DNA of 64,000 bases from Candidatus Iainarchaeum sp. Lineage in GTDB: Archaea > Iainarchaeota > Iainarchaeia > Iainarchaeales > JAZDDZ01. The first letter of the stretch is position 1, and each line of letters begins with the position of its first letter. The stretch covers positions 32,001 to 96,000 of the forward strand of contig JAZDDZ010000054.1 in NCBI GenBank assembly GCA_043809245.1. Direction: 5' to 3'. The notes under the pieces were generated by a model. That model saw only the letters and a program-made list of their open reading frames with translations, searched no databases and was not told the DNA's origin. A program made the position numbers and the translations under genes. Below, piece after piece: positions 1 to 9,577 of this stretch.

Positions 1-1211
1 AAGAATATTTCTGGTCAAAGGGGGAAGAGAAACTACTCAAACTTCCACTTGACTTTGAGTTTGATGGAACGCTCACGGGATTTTCGAGGTTCAGCGAATT
101 TGGCCTTCAGATAAACCCGTCACACAATTTTGTATATGTGCCAAAAAAAGAACTGCTATTGGAAGAAATATTATCACATGCAATAAAATTTTCGGCAAAC
201 GCAAACGATTTAGTGTTATGCATATTATTTTACCTGAAAAACAAGCCAAAAATAAATGTGATTGAGATTGAAAAGAACTGCGAAAAACTTGGCGTCCTGC
301 AACTCTGGTTCGACATTGTATCATACTTGGAAGAACAGCCGGTAAGAGAGGAAAAAATGTTCCTCCCGGGGAAAGAATTCCTCGCAAAAGCAGCTGTTTA
401 TGACATCCAAACCAAAAAAAGATACGGCCAACAAACCTTGGACAGCATTTTCCATAAAGCCGAAGAAAAACTCCTGGAAAAAGTGAGAATCTTTCTGATT
501 GGGGGAAACGCACTCATAGAATATAAAGCAAAAAACTCTACAAAAGACATGGACCTTGTGCTGCTAACGCAAAAAGAGGCTGCTTCATTCATTAAGGCAC
601 TGGAAGAAACCGGATACTCGGAAATAAAGGGAAAAGAACTGCAATACGGACAACTCGAAGCCTCGGCAATGCTGGAGAATGCTGATTCGCCGCGCATAGA
701 CTTGTTTGTGAGGGTAGTTTGCAACGCCCTTGAATACAGCGAGCGAATGCAAAAAAGGAGCAAAAAAATCAGTGACGGCAAACTGGAAATATACTTGACA
801 TCACTTGAAGACATTTTCCTTTTAAAAAGCGTTTCTGCAAGAGATTCTGACCTCGTTGACTGTGAAAACATTCTTTCAAAAACAACATTGAACTGGAAAA
901 TAATTTATGACGAAATAATTTTACAGGACAAGAACCTTTCAGGAATGAAAGAAATGATAATACTTGACCACCTTGAGGCGTTAGAAAAAAGGCTCTCAAT
1001 AAAAATCCCGGTTACAAAAAAAGTCCTGAGCCTGTGCCTTGAAAAAAGTATTCTATATCTAGCAAAAAAACCCATAAGCGCGAACGGCATAACCCGGAAA
1101 ATCGGTTTCCCGAAAACAACAATCAGGAACAAAATAGCTGGACTTGTGAAAAAGAAAAAACTCAAAAAAATCAAAGAAAAACCGTTTAAGGTCGTTATAG
1201 TCAATAATTAA
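1..1211 (+). CDS. 5'-truncated nucleotidyltransferase-domain protein (DUF6036-like) with C-terminal HTH-like segment
   Basis: Frame is open from nt 3 (EYFWSKGEEK...). Motifs LIGGNAL...TKDMDLV, RIDLF and LEDIFLLKSVSARDSDLVD are typical of this NTase family. Confidence 0.7.
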   Translation, partial: EYFWSKGEEKLLKLPLDFEFDGTLTGFSRFSEFGLQINPSHNFVYVPKKELLLEEILSHAIKFSANANDLVLCILFYLKNKPKINVIEIEKNCEKLGVLQLWFDIVSYLEEQPVREEKMFLPGKEFLAKAAVYDIQTKKRYGQQTLDSIFHKAEEKLLEKVRIFLIGGNALIEYKAKNSTKDMDLVLLTQKEAASFIKALEETGYSEIKGKELQYGQLEASAMLENADSPRIDLFVRVVCNALEYSERMQKRSKKISDGKLEIYLTSLEDIFLLKSVSARDSDLVDCENILSKTTLNWKIIYDEIILQDKNLSGMKEMIILDHLEALEKRLSIKIPVTKKVLSLCLEKSILYLAKKPISANGITRKIGFPKTTIRNKIAGLVKKKKLKKIKEKPFKVVIVNN

Positions 1212-1223
1212 GAAGGCGGAAAC

Positions 1224-1688
1224 ATGGGCTGGTACGGCGTATTTTTGGTCCCGAAACTGAAGCTGTGCTTCTACTTAAGAAGCGTTGACCAAGGCGTTCT
1301 TGAATCGCATTTCGAATCTCTGGACAGATTTTTTGACAAGCATGACAAGCTAAAAGAAGACAGCCCCCCCACAGATTCAAGTAATGTTTACACTTCAGGC
1401 TACTGCTGCTCAGGAACATGGCAAACAACAAGCTGCACACCCGCTCAGCAATGCACAGTAAATATAGCAACGCCGTGCACGATTTCAATTGCAGGAGGCA
1501 CAATCAATTCCTGCACACAGCAGAATCTCATCTACCAATACAACGCAACGACAACAGTGAACAACACAGTCAACGGATTACAAGCAAGCAAAGCATACAA
1601 CATCAAAATAGAAAACACGACAACAGGGGCAACACAAAACAAAACTGTAAGCACCAACTCTGCGGGAGTGCTGCAGTTCAGCAACTGA
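1224..1688 (+). pseudogene. Chimeric ORF: 46-aa unrelated N-terminus fused to the C-terminal module of a surface-protein family
   Basis: From 1362 the sequence aligns with two segments of the 59788-63291 protein (SPPTDSSNVYTSG ~ PSPTNSSNIYASG; QCTVNIATPCTI...GVLQFSN ~ QCTVNVATPCTI...GVLQFNS). No signal peptide. Confidence 0.55.
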
Positions 1689-1712
1689 AGCGCGTGATGC
1701 CTGAGCCCCTAT

Positions 1713-1756
1713 AATAGTTTCCTTTTTTTAAGGAAACTTTTTTAAATAGTTTCCTT
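1713..1756 (+). promoter_or_regulatory. Operator-like inverted and direct repeat overlapping the TATA box of the ATPase gene
   Basis: AGTTTCCTT(1716-1724)/AAGGAAACT(1730-1738); AATAGTTTCCTT at 1713 and 1745; TTTAAATA at 1741-1748. Confidence 0.5.
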
Positions 1757-1777
1757 CTAAGTTATGGTGTGGTTTTC

Positions 1778-3085
1778 ATGGTTTCCTTTGACAACTGGGT
1801 TTCTGCCATAAAGGATTTTCATTCAAAAGAGCTTCCTTTCATTGTTCCAAGGGATTACTTTTTTGACCTTAACCTGCCCTTAAGGCGGGCCTATTCAGTA
1901 ATAGGGCCAAGGCGCGCAGGGAAAACCTTCGAATTGTTCCAGATAATCAAATCCTTAAAGGACCAAGGCTTAATGAAGCAGTGCATTTATGCAAATTTTG
2001 AAAAACCCGGGTTTGAGTTCCTTTCAGCCAAAGACCTTGAGGAAATGATGAATGCTTTTTATTTCCTTTACCCTGAAAACAAAAACAAGCAGGCATGGCT
2101 TTTTTTGGACGAAATACAGAACGTCAATGGATGGGAACTGTTCGTTAGGGAACAACTGGATGAAGGGCTCAAGGTATTCATTTCCGGTTCATCCTCCAGA
2201 ATGCTCAGCAGCGAGGTAGCCACCAGCATGCGCGGCAGAACCCTGCCAAAAACAATTTTTCCTTTTTCCTTCAAGGAATACCTCAGGGCAAAAGGGATTT
2301 CCCTGCAAAAAGGCCTGTCATCATCGGAAAAAGCATTAGTGCTAAACCATTTTTCCGACTACTTCAATTACGGCGGTTACCCTGAAGCAGTAATTTATCC
2401 CGCCGAAAGGGAAAACATTTTAACGGAAATAGGGAAAACCGTTGTCCTAAGGGATGTGGTGGAGAGAAAAAAAATAAAAAACCCAGAAGCACTTAACAGG
2501 CTGGTTGAAGGGCTTTTTCACTCAAAAGAATTTTCAGTCAATAAGTTTTACAAGCATTTGAAATACCTCGGCGTAAAGACAAGCAAGGATTCCCTTTACG
2601 CATACCTGGGCTATTTAAACGAGGCTTTTTTCGCCTTTACCCTGAAAAAATTTTCCTTTTCCTTAAAGAAATCAGAGCAATCAACGCCCAAAATTTACTT
2701 CATTGACAACGGCCTGCTTAGAATACGCGGAATTCACGACAAGGGAAGGCTTCTGGAAAACGCAGTATTCATTGAACTCCTGCGGCGCGGAAAAGAACTC
2801 GCCTATTACAGGACAGATTCAGGCACCCTTGAAACCGATTTCATTGTAAAAAAAGACAACCATGTAACAGAAATAATCCAGGCATGCTACGATTTAAGCG
2901 AACCAGAAACAAAAAAAAGAGAACTAAAAGCACTGCTCAACGCAGGCAAAGAATTCAACTGCAAAAAACTCTCAATAATCACATTCGACTACACAGCCGA
3001 AGAAACACACAAATTCGAAAAAACCAAATTTAAAATAAAATTCATTCCCCTCTGGAAATGGCTATTGGAAAACAAAAAGGCATAA
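1778..3085 (+). CDS. AAA+ ATPase (AAA_14 + DUF4143, COG1373 type)
   Basis: Walker A GPRRAGKT, Walker B LFLDEIQ, SGSSS, GGYP, KIYFIDNG, LLENAV, ETDF. Confidence 0.9.
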   Translation: MVSFDNWVSAIKDFHSKELPFIVPRDYFFDLNLPLRRAYSVIGPRRAGKTFELFQIIKSLKDQGLMKQCIYANFEKPGFEFLSAKDLEEMMNAFYFLYPENKNKQAWLFLDEIQNVNGWELFVREQLDEGLKVFISGSSSRMLSSEVATSMRGRTLPKTIFPFSFKEYLRAKGISLQKGLSSSEKALVLNHFSDYFNYGGYPEAVIYPAERENILTEIGKTVVLRDVVERKKIKNPEALNRLVEGLFHSKEFSVNKFYKHLKYLGVKTSKDSLYAYLGYLNEAFFAFTLKKFSFSLKKSEQSTPKIYFIDNGLLRIRGIHDKGRLLENAVFIELLRRGKELAYYRTDSGTLETDFIVKKDNHVTEIIQACYDLSEPETKKRELKALLNAGKEFNCKKLSIITFDYTAEETHKFEKTKFKIKFIPLWKWLLENKKA

Positions 3086-3099
3086 ATAGGGGAAAGCAC

Positions 3100-3383
3100 G
3101 TACGTGTTTAGCTCTGTAGGCTCGCGAGCATTTGTTTGTATGGGTTGAGTCCTCTTTGTTCCCATGTCGCTATCAAGCTGCTGAGTATGTCGTGGTTGCG
3201 GGTTCCTTTTACATTTCTCAGGCACCCGTAGATTTTGCGTTGAACCACGGCTTCACGCAACGCCCGTTCCGCGCGGTTGTTTGTGGGTTCGATTTCTGGG
3301 CGTAAAATGAATGTGAACCAGTGGTTGTCGCCATTGCGGATTTTTTCAACGAATTTTTCAAGCGGAGCACTGAAGTTCAGCAC
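3100..3383 (-). mobile_element. IS66-family transposase C-terminal remnant with probable terminal inverted repeat
   Basis: PTNNRAERALREAVVQRKI...SLIATW..RGLNP is the IS66 C-terminal signature. GTACGTGTTTAG at 3100 resembles an IS66 end. The 5' part is missing. Confidence 0.8.
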
Positions 3384-3474
3384 ATAATGCGAAGGGAATA
3401 ACCCGCTTGCTTCCTGAAGCCACTACAAAACGCCAAAAAGCCAAATTATTAACTCTTTCCCGTTAATAGTTAAC

Positions 3475-3482
3475 TTTATATA
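3475..3482 (+). promoter_or_regulatory. TATA box for a probably leaderless transcript
   Basis: TTTATATA about 23 nt before ATG 3505, preceded by inverted repeat TATTAAC/GTTAATA. Confidence 0.4.
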
Positions 3483-3504
3483 TGTGTTAAGCTGCAATTA
3501 GTAT

Positions 3505-3855
3505 ATGGATTCCCGCAAACTAGCTTTAGTTTTAGGCGTGGCGCTTTTGGCTTTTGTTTTTCTGGATTCCAGCGCCTCAGCAACACCATATTATGTTATG
3601 GGCTCCGCGACTTACGTGAGGGGCGCAGCAGACTATTATGCTCCAACTGTAAATGTTTACTCAAGCCCGTATTATTACCCTTCTTACGGCTATGGAATGG
3701 GCTACATCAGCTATCCTTATCGCGGTGACACCTATTGGAAGTTCGACCCATACGCAGGCTTATACCCTATGAGGCCGGCAAACGTGTACATGCCTTATTA
3801 TCCGTCCCCTTCAATGGGCTCAGGCTATGTCATGGCTGCATATTACTACAATTAA
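3505..3855 (+). CDS. Small secreted Tyr/Pro-rich protein
   Basis: N-terminal signal peptide ending ASA; low-complexity Tyr-rich mature part. Confidence 0.7.
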   Translation: MDSRKLALVLGVALLAFVFLDSSASATPYYVMGSATYVRGAADYYAPTVNVYSSPYYYPSYGYGMGYISYPYRGDTYWKFDPYAGLYPMRPANVYMPYYPSPSMGSGYVMAAYYYN

Positions 3856-3903
3856 GGCAGCCTTGGATTAAAGGGATAAAAAAGCAAAAAAAGGTTTTAA
3901 GGA

Positions 3904-6114
3904 ATGAACAAAATAATTTTTGCCCTGGCTTTTTTCTTTGTGATTTTTTTAGCCTCGGCTGTTTGCGCTTCAAGCAACTGGTATTTGGGAATCAGTTCGC
4001 ACGGCGCAACAATAGAGGTATTCAAGGGCAATGCCTGGCTTTCGTTTGGAACGCCTTACGACTATTACTATAACGACTGGTATTTCTTCCAGCAGCCATG
4101 GCGCTATAATTACGCAGGAAACTGGGTGAACTATGATTCGGGGTGGTACAATTTTGGCGCTGACTGGTTTTACAGCCCCTACTCCTACAACTATTATTCG
4201 CCGAGCTATTACTATCATTCAGGGGGCTGGAATTATTCGCCTTACTGGTATTCTGACCCTGGAATAACGCTTTACTACAACAAGTATTACCCTTACTACG
4301 ACCCGGTAATTGTTCCGCAGTCGCCTTACTATTACGGCGGCGGAGTATCATACAACCCTGAAAAGCTTGCAGGCTGCTCGGAGATAAGCCTTTCCGCGGA
4401 AAACGCTTTCATCAATGCGGGAACAACTGAAAACGTTGAGCTGAAAATTCAGAACAATTCAACGCAAGATTTTAAGGTTTCCTCAATTGACGCGTACATC
4501 CCTTCATTTGATGTGGAAAAAAGCGGGCTTGACTACGGCTCAACTGTTAAGGCAAAAACAACCGCAAAAGTTTCACTTGATTTAAGCGCCTCACAGGCAT
4601 CGGAAACCCAGAACTTCAACGCAAAATTCAAGGTTTCAGGAAGCTTTTCCGACGGATTGACTTACTGCAGCTACTCAGATATAGGAGTTAAGGAATTCAA
4701 TGTGCAGGTAAACGAAGCAAGCAAAGCCGCTAAAACGCAAAGTGCGGGGACAACTTTTTCAGCAAGCCAGCCAAGCGCTTACGCAATTGTTTCTCCATCA
4801 ACCGCTTCCACTGCAAGCAACACATGGCAAAGCGTGGAACCGGATGCGCCGAGCAACGGAATACAGCAGGCCGAGCCACAGCAGGAAACCGCTTTCTTCC
4901 AAAGCAACTGCAATGGCCTGGCAATCGCAACAGAAGGAATCTCGGTTGAATCAGGGGGAATTGCCAAAAAGAATTTTTTGCTTAAAAATTTCGGCGCGGA
5001 AAAATTCTACATTGATTCCGTTGAAGTGAATGGCAGTTCCGGCAAATTCGGCGTTGCGCCGTCCTATTCGCCTTCATTTGTTTTCGCGGGCTCGGAATCG
5101 CTGATAGGCGTGGCGGTTTCAGCGGAAAGCGTTGAAAGTGACGCTGTTGGAAGCGCAACAGTAAAGGTCAAAGGGCATTACGCTGGCGGGGTTTACTGCG
5201 AGGCGGGTCCCGAGGAGTTTTATGTTTTTGTTGAGGCTGTAAAAAAGCCGGCTTGCCCTAATGTTTCCATTAAAACACCCGCAACAGTTGAGGCTGTAGG
5301 AACAGCAGCCGCGTTTTCATTCACAGCGGAAAATTCAGCTGACAGGCAGGCAATTGTTTCATTGAGCGGAAAAAATTTGGATGTTGAAAACAATTCATTT
5401 GCAATTGCGCCGAACACGGTTGCCGAAAGGGCTGTGCTTGCGGAAAACCTTTCCGCAGAAGCGGGATGGGTTATCTTCTCAATCTCGGTTCCTGGCAGTG
5501 GATGCGAATATCTCCAAAAAACCACAAAAATACTTGGCGAAAAAAAAGCAGAAGCGCAGGGGGAAGGCCCAGGATTGGTGGAAGGAATTGAGCTTGTAAG
5601 CTTCACTGAAAGAGCGGACATGAATAACTCTGCGCTGATTGAGGTTGTTTTGAAAAACAATTCAGCGGAAAACGCAAATGTTTCGCTTGGCATTAAGGGT
5701 TTGCCTGAAGGGTTTTATGTTAGGGGCATTGAAAGCGTGCTGCCTTCAGGGGCAAGCCGCTCTTTTTTCATTGAAGTGAAAACAAACAATGCGCAGAAAG
5801 GCCTTTCAACAGGAATACTTGAAGTGGTTTCAGGGGAGCGCGTTTTTGAAAGGGGCGTGCAATTCAATGTGCTTGGCGGGATAAGCATTGAAGAGCCGGA
5901 GGAAGGCACAGGGGAAACCGCTGACCAGAACACGATAATCGTTCCACTGCAGAAAATTGCGGCAAGCGCTTTTGCGGTTCTTTCAAATAATTCGCTTGCA
6001 TTAGGAGTTCTTGTCTTGGCTATACTTGTTATTGCACTGCTCTATGTTAACGCAAAAGAAACAGAAAAAGACATGAAGAACGCGGAGAAATGGCGCGGCA
6101 GCAATAAGGAATAA
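3904..6114 (+). CDS. Membrane-anchored surface protein with Tyr/Trp-rich N-terminus and Ig-like repeats
   Basis: Signal peptide, YYY/W-rich region, repeated beta-rich domains (C..ISL...KN...V.G....G..C), C-terminal TM helix and charged tail. Confidence 0.75.
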   Translation: MNKIIFALAFFFVIFLASAVCASSNWYLGISSHGATIEVFKGNAWLSFGTPYDYYYNDWYFFQQPWRYNYAGNWVNYDSGWYNFGADWFYSPYSYNYYSPSYYYHSGGWNYSPYWYSDPGITLYYNKYYPYYDPVIVPQSPYYYGGGVSYNPEKLAGCSEISLSAENAFINAGTTENVELKIQNNSTQDFKVSSIDAYIPSFDVEKSGLDYGSTVKAKTTAKVSLDLSASQASETQNFNAKFKVSGSFSDGLTYCSYSDIGVKEFNVQVNEASKAAKTQSAGTTFSASQPSAYAIVSPSTASTASNTWQSVEPDAPSNGIQQAEPQQETAFFQSNCNGLAIATEGISVESGGIAKKNFLLKNFGAEKFYIDSVEVNGSSGKFGVAPSYSPSFVFAGSESLIGVAVSAESVESDAVGSATVKVKGHYAGGVYCEAGPEEFYVFVEAVKKPACPNVSIKTPATVEAVGTAAAFSFTAENSADRQAIVSLSGKNLDVENNSFAIAPNTVAERAVLAENLSAEAGWVIFSISVPGSGCEYLQKTTKILGEKKAEAQGEGPGLVEGIELVSFTERADMNNSALIEVVLKNNSAENANVSLGIKGLPEGFYVRGIESVLPSGASRSFFIEVKTNNAQKGLSTGILEVVSGERVFERGVQFNVLGGISIEEPEEGTGETADQNTIIVPLQKIAASAFAVLSNNSLALGVLVLAILVIALLYVNAKETEKDMKNAEKWRGSNKE

Positions 6115-6139
6115 ATACTGCTTTAAACTATTTATTGGC

Positions 6140-6319
6140 ATGCGGCCGCCAAGGAAAAAACGCCAACAAACAAAAATTCCCAGAAAGAGGCTGACTGAAG
6201 AGCAACGCACAGTATTACACCGCTCCATTGCAAAAGTGAAAAAGGGAAAGCCACTTACCACTGAAGAAAGGAATATATACAATAGGTTCCGTGCATGGCA
6301 TAATAAGCATACAAAATAA
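6140..6319 (+). CDS. Small basic hypothetical protein (59 aa), not in the ORF track
   Basis: Manual translation MRPPRKKRQQTKIPRKRLTEEQRTVLHRSIAKVKKGKPLTTEERNIYNRFRAWHNKHTK*. Fills the intergenic gap; AT-rich TATA-like upstream. Confidence 0.55.
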   Translation: MRPPRKKRQQTKIPRKRLTEEQRTVLHRSIAKVKKGKPLTTEERNIYNRFRAWHNKHTK

Positions 6320-6405
6320 TGGTAAGCGCAAAGGCCTCTGCTTTTTTTAAAAAAAACCGAATCGTAAAGTATTTAAAGCTGAACTGCGTTATTAGATAAA
6401 TCAAA

Positions 6406-8130
6406 ATGCGCGGAAAAAAGGTTTTTTTGGTTTTATTCTTTACAGCATTGCTTTTGGCAATTGCCTCTGCTGACACTTACCGCATTACAATAACGCCTCA
6501 AGCCGCAGTGCCTGACATAACCCCGCCAGTGATTTCCAGCGTGGCTTCCTCTTCAGTTGACCGCAATTCAGCGGTTATTACCTGGGCCACAAACGAGTCC
6601 TCTGATTCAAACGTGCTTTACGGCAAAACAAGCGCAAACAAGAACCAAAGCAAATACTCTTTAACCATGGTTTTATCGCATTCAGTTTCCCTTACTTTGC
6701 TGGATGCAAACACCACTTATTATTATGCGGTCAAAAGCTGCGATGCAAACCATAACTGTGCCACTTCAAGCGAAAGCACGTTTAAGACAACAAGCTGTTC
6801 AGTCGGGCGCATTCTCTGCGGCAGCACATGCGTATTGCCTGCATGCAATGTGAACAGCGACTGCCCAAGCGACAACAACAGCACGACAACAGAGGTATGC
6901 AACAATCCAGGAACTTGCACAGCGTCCTGCGCGTCAGTGCCGCTACAGGCATGCCCTTCGGGAACAGCAATCAGCGCGCCATGCAGGTGCGGAAGCACAA
7001 TAATAAGCAGCGGATTGTGCTGCAGCGGCACCCCAAAAATTCCCTGCACAAATGCCTCGGAATGCAATGACAATGATGTTTGCACAAACGACTCCTGCCT
7101 TAACCCGGGAACATGCAGTGCGGCTTGCACTAATGCAACGGTTCCAAACTGCGTTCCACCACCAGTGTGCGGGGATGGAACATGCAGTGGAGGCGAAACT
7201 TGCTCTTCCTGTTCCAATGACTGCGGGGGATGCCCTGCAACACAGGTTTGCGGTGACGGAAGCTGCAGCGGAACAGAGGACTGCTCTTCATGCTCTAGCG
7301 ACTGCGGCTCCTGCGGAACAGGGCCTGGCGGTTCGCCCGGTTCAAGCACTGGAACAGTTGCGCGTTGCGGCAACGGCTTGTGTGAAAGGGGCGGAGGAGA
7401 GAACACGCTTAACTGCCTTATTGACTGCGGAAACCAGAATGTTTTGGCGCAAATGGACAGCGACAATGACGGAAGCACTGCTGACAAGGACTGCGATGAC
7501 AAGAATCCCGCTGTAAAGGAATGCACTGGCTGCATGATCTGCAAAAAGAATGCCTGTGTTGAAACCGCTGCATGCGGAAATATTTCTTTGGATGACTCTG
7601 ATGGGGACGGCTTGACCAATGCAAGGGAAGCCGAACTAGGCACAAATCCCAATGAAATTGACTCAGACAAGGACACTGTTAGCGACGGACAGGAAGGCCA
7701 GGACGGAACAGACCCCTTGGATGAAACAAGCAACCTTGTGAGGGTGCATGCTTTTGGAATAATAGATGTTAATGCAGTGCAGCAAATAACTTTGTCACAC
7801 CCGAAAACAGGGAACGTGCGCGGATTTTACGTTGACATAATTTCGCCGAGCGGAAGGATTTTCCATTTGCAGGCGGAGGATGACACTATAAGCTTTACGG
7901 TTAGCGAGCCGGGAAAATACATTGTGAAAGCATACAAGGAAGGGTTAAAGGATGAGACAACTTTCACTGTTAAAAAAGAAGGCGAAGTTGTGTTGCCTGG
8001 TTTGCCAGGGCAGCCGCAGACAATAGCGCCTTGGTGGCTGTTTGTCTTGCCGGTTATTTCAGCGGCGGTAAGCGCAGCGATTCTTTACGGCTATCTGGTC
8101 AGAAGGAAAAGGCTTGCGGGACAGGGATAA
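6406..8130 (+). CDS. Cys-rich membrane-anchored surface protein (FN3-like domain, Cys repeats, TSP3-like Ca-binding motifs)
   Basis: Signal peptide; DITPPVIS...ITWATNE.SDS.V.YG; CGDG.C...E.C..C..DCG repeats; DSDGDGLTN..E..GTNP...DSD; C-terminal TM followed by RRKR. Confidence 0.8.
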   Translation: MRGKKVFLVLFFTALLLAIASADTYRITITPQAAVPDITPPVISSVASSSVDRNSAVITWATNESSDSNVLYGKTSANKNQSKYSLTMVLSHSVSLTLLDANTTYYYAVKSCDANHNCATSSESTFKTTSCSVGRILCGSTCVLPACNVNSDCPSDNNSTTTEVCNNPGTCTASCASVPLQACPSGTAISAPCRCGSTIISSGLCCSGTPKIPCTNASECNDNDVCTNDSCLNPGTCSAACTNATVPNCVPPPVCGDGTCSGGETCSSCSNDCGGCPATQVCGDGSCSGTEDCSSCSSDCGSCGTGPGGSPGSSTGTVARCGNGLCERGGGENTLNCLIDCGNQNVLAQMDSDNDGSTADKDCDDKNPAVKECTGCMICKKNACVETAACGNISLDDSDGDGLTNAREAELGTNPNEIDSDKDTVSDGQEGQDGTDPLDETSNLVRVHAFGIIDVNAVQQITLSHPKTGNVRGFYVDIISPSGRIFHLQAEDDTISFTVSEPGKYIVKAYKEGLKDETTFTVKKEGEVVLPGLPGQPQTIAPWWLFVLPVISAAVSAAILYGYLVRRKRLAGQG

Positions 8131-8388
8131 AAGCGGTTTCGCTTATAACGTTTGGCTTGCGGAAACCATCCGGCACAAGCTTTAAATACCTTTTTGATGC
8201 AAATATCTTAAGTTTAAAGCAAACTGTATCTTTGGAGAGCCTCCAAGGATATAACTGCCGAAAAACAGCGTTTTCAACGAGTTTTTTGGTTTTTTAACCC
8301 CCTATGCAGGGCAGGTATTTGCTTTGATGCATTATACTTGGCTTTGCCTTTTTGCTTTATAACCGCAATGAAAGGATTGGTTTAAGGA

Positions 8389-9558
8389 ATGACGAAGCGT
8401 TCAAGGCCCAGATCCGGCTCAATGGGTGTATACCCTAGAGTCAGGGCCAAGAAAATTGTTGCCACTTTTAGCACTTATCCGGCTGTTGACGGCGAGGTCA
8501 AGCCATTGAATTTTTTCGGCTACAAGGCAGGAATGGTTCACGCAATGGCCTTGGATGATCACCAGAAAGCGGTTTCATTCGGCCAGCAGATTGTGGTGCC
8601 GTGCACTGTGATTGAATGCCCACCATTAAAGGTTTTCGGGGTAAGGGCATACAAGAAAACCCATTATGGCCTGGAGGCCGCGGGAGACGTGCTTGCTGAA
8701 AAGGTTGAAAAGCATTTCAAAAAAAGGGTTAAGAATTTTTTGCAGAAGTCCAAGAAAAACAAGGAAAAGAAAAAAGAGGAAGGAAAAAAATTCGCTGATT
8801 TGGAGAAAGAAAAAGAAGCGATTTCCGAGATAAGATTGCTTGTGCACGCGCAGCCATACCTTACAACGATAGGGAAAAAGTCGCCTGAGGCAATTGAACT
8901 CAAGCTGAACGGCAGCGTTGAGCAGCAGCTTGTGTTTGCAAAGCAGAAGCTTGGGGGAGAAATTTCATTAAAGGATGTTTTCAAGGAAAAGCAGTTTGTG
9001 GACGTGAAAGCCGTAAACAAGGGAAAGGGCTTTCAGGGAGTGATTAAGAGGTTTGGCGTGAAACAGCACAGGCCGAAAGCGAAAAAAAGAAGGATTGTCG
9101 GAAGCATTGGGCCTTGGAACCCGAGCACAGTGATGTACACTGTTGCAAGGGCAGGCCAGATGGGATTCCATTCAAGAACCGAATACAATAAGAGGGTTAT
9201 TGCAATAGGGAATGATGCTGAAGGCATTAATCCCGGAGCGGGTTTCAGGAATTACGGCCTGGTGAAAAACGAGTTCTTGGTTTTGGCTGGCTCGCTTCCA
9301 GGTCCCGCGAAAAGGATTATCGCGTTAAGGGAGCCGATAAGGCCTGTTCCGTTGGAAAGGTTTAACGTGAAGGATATTTCATTCGCAATAGGTGCAAGGA
9401 AAAAAGGCGCGGAAGCAAAACCGGTTGCAGAGGAAGAGGAAAAAATCGCCACAAAAGTTGAAATAAAGAAAGAGGAGAAAAAGGGGCATAAAAGCGTTGA
9501 AGAGGAAATAGCTGCAGCGGCGAAAGGCGCGGAAAAAAAGGAAAAGAAGAAAGAGTGA
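8389..9558 (+). CDS. rpl3: 50S ribosomal protein L3 (uL3)
   Basis: RPRSGS..PRVRA, GYKAGM, KGKGFQGVIKRFG, RAGQMGFH.RTEYNK. Confidence 0.98.
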   Translation: MTKRSRPRSGSMGVYPRVRAKKIVATFSTYPAVDGEVKPLNFFGYKAGMVHAMALDDHQKAVSFGQQIVVPCTVIECPPLKVFGVRAYKKTHYGLEAAGDVLAEKVEKHFKKRVKNFLQKSKKNKEKKKEEGKKFADLEKEKEAISEIRLLVHAQPYLTTIGKKSPEAIELKLNGSVEQQLVFAKQKLGGEISLKDVFKEKQFVDVKAVNKGKGFQGVIKRFGVKQHRPKAKKRRIVGSIGPWNPSTVMYTVARAGQMGFHSRTEYNKRVIAIGNDAEGINPGAGFRNYGLVKNEFLVLAGSLPGPAKRIIALREPIRPVPLERFNVKDISFAIGARKKGAEAKPVAEEEEKIATKVEIKKEEKKGHKSVEEEIAAAAKGAEKKEKKKE

Positions 9559-9577
9559 ATGGGAAAACGTGAAGTTT

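Noticed and set aside
1448-1688. Possible DGR template repeat for the 63052-63291 region
   Set aside because: Many mismatches fall at non-A positions (e.g. CCG/CCC, GGC/GGG, CTC/CTG, TAC/TAT) and no reverse transcriptase is in the window. It looks like ordinary paralog divergence.
6723-7733. Long antisense ORFs here and across the r-protein cluster (e.g. 9844-10659, 13594-14505, 19642-20376)
   Set aside because: They are shadows of well-supported plus-strand genes with biased codon usage.
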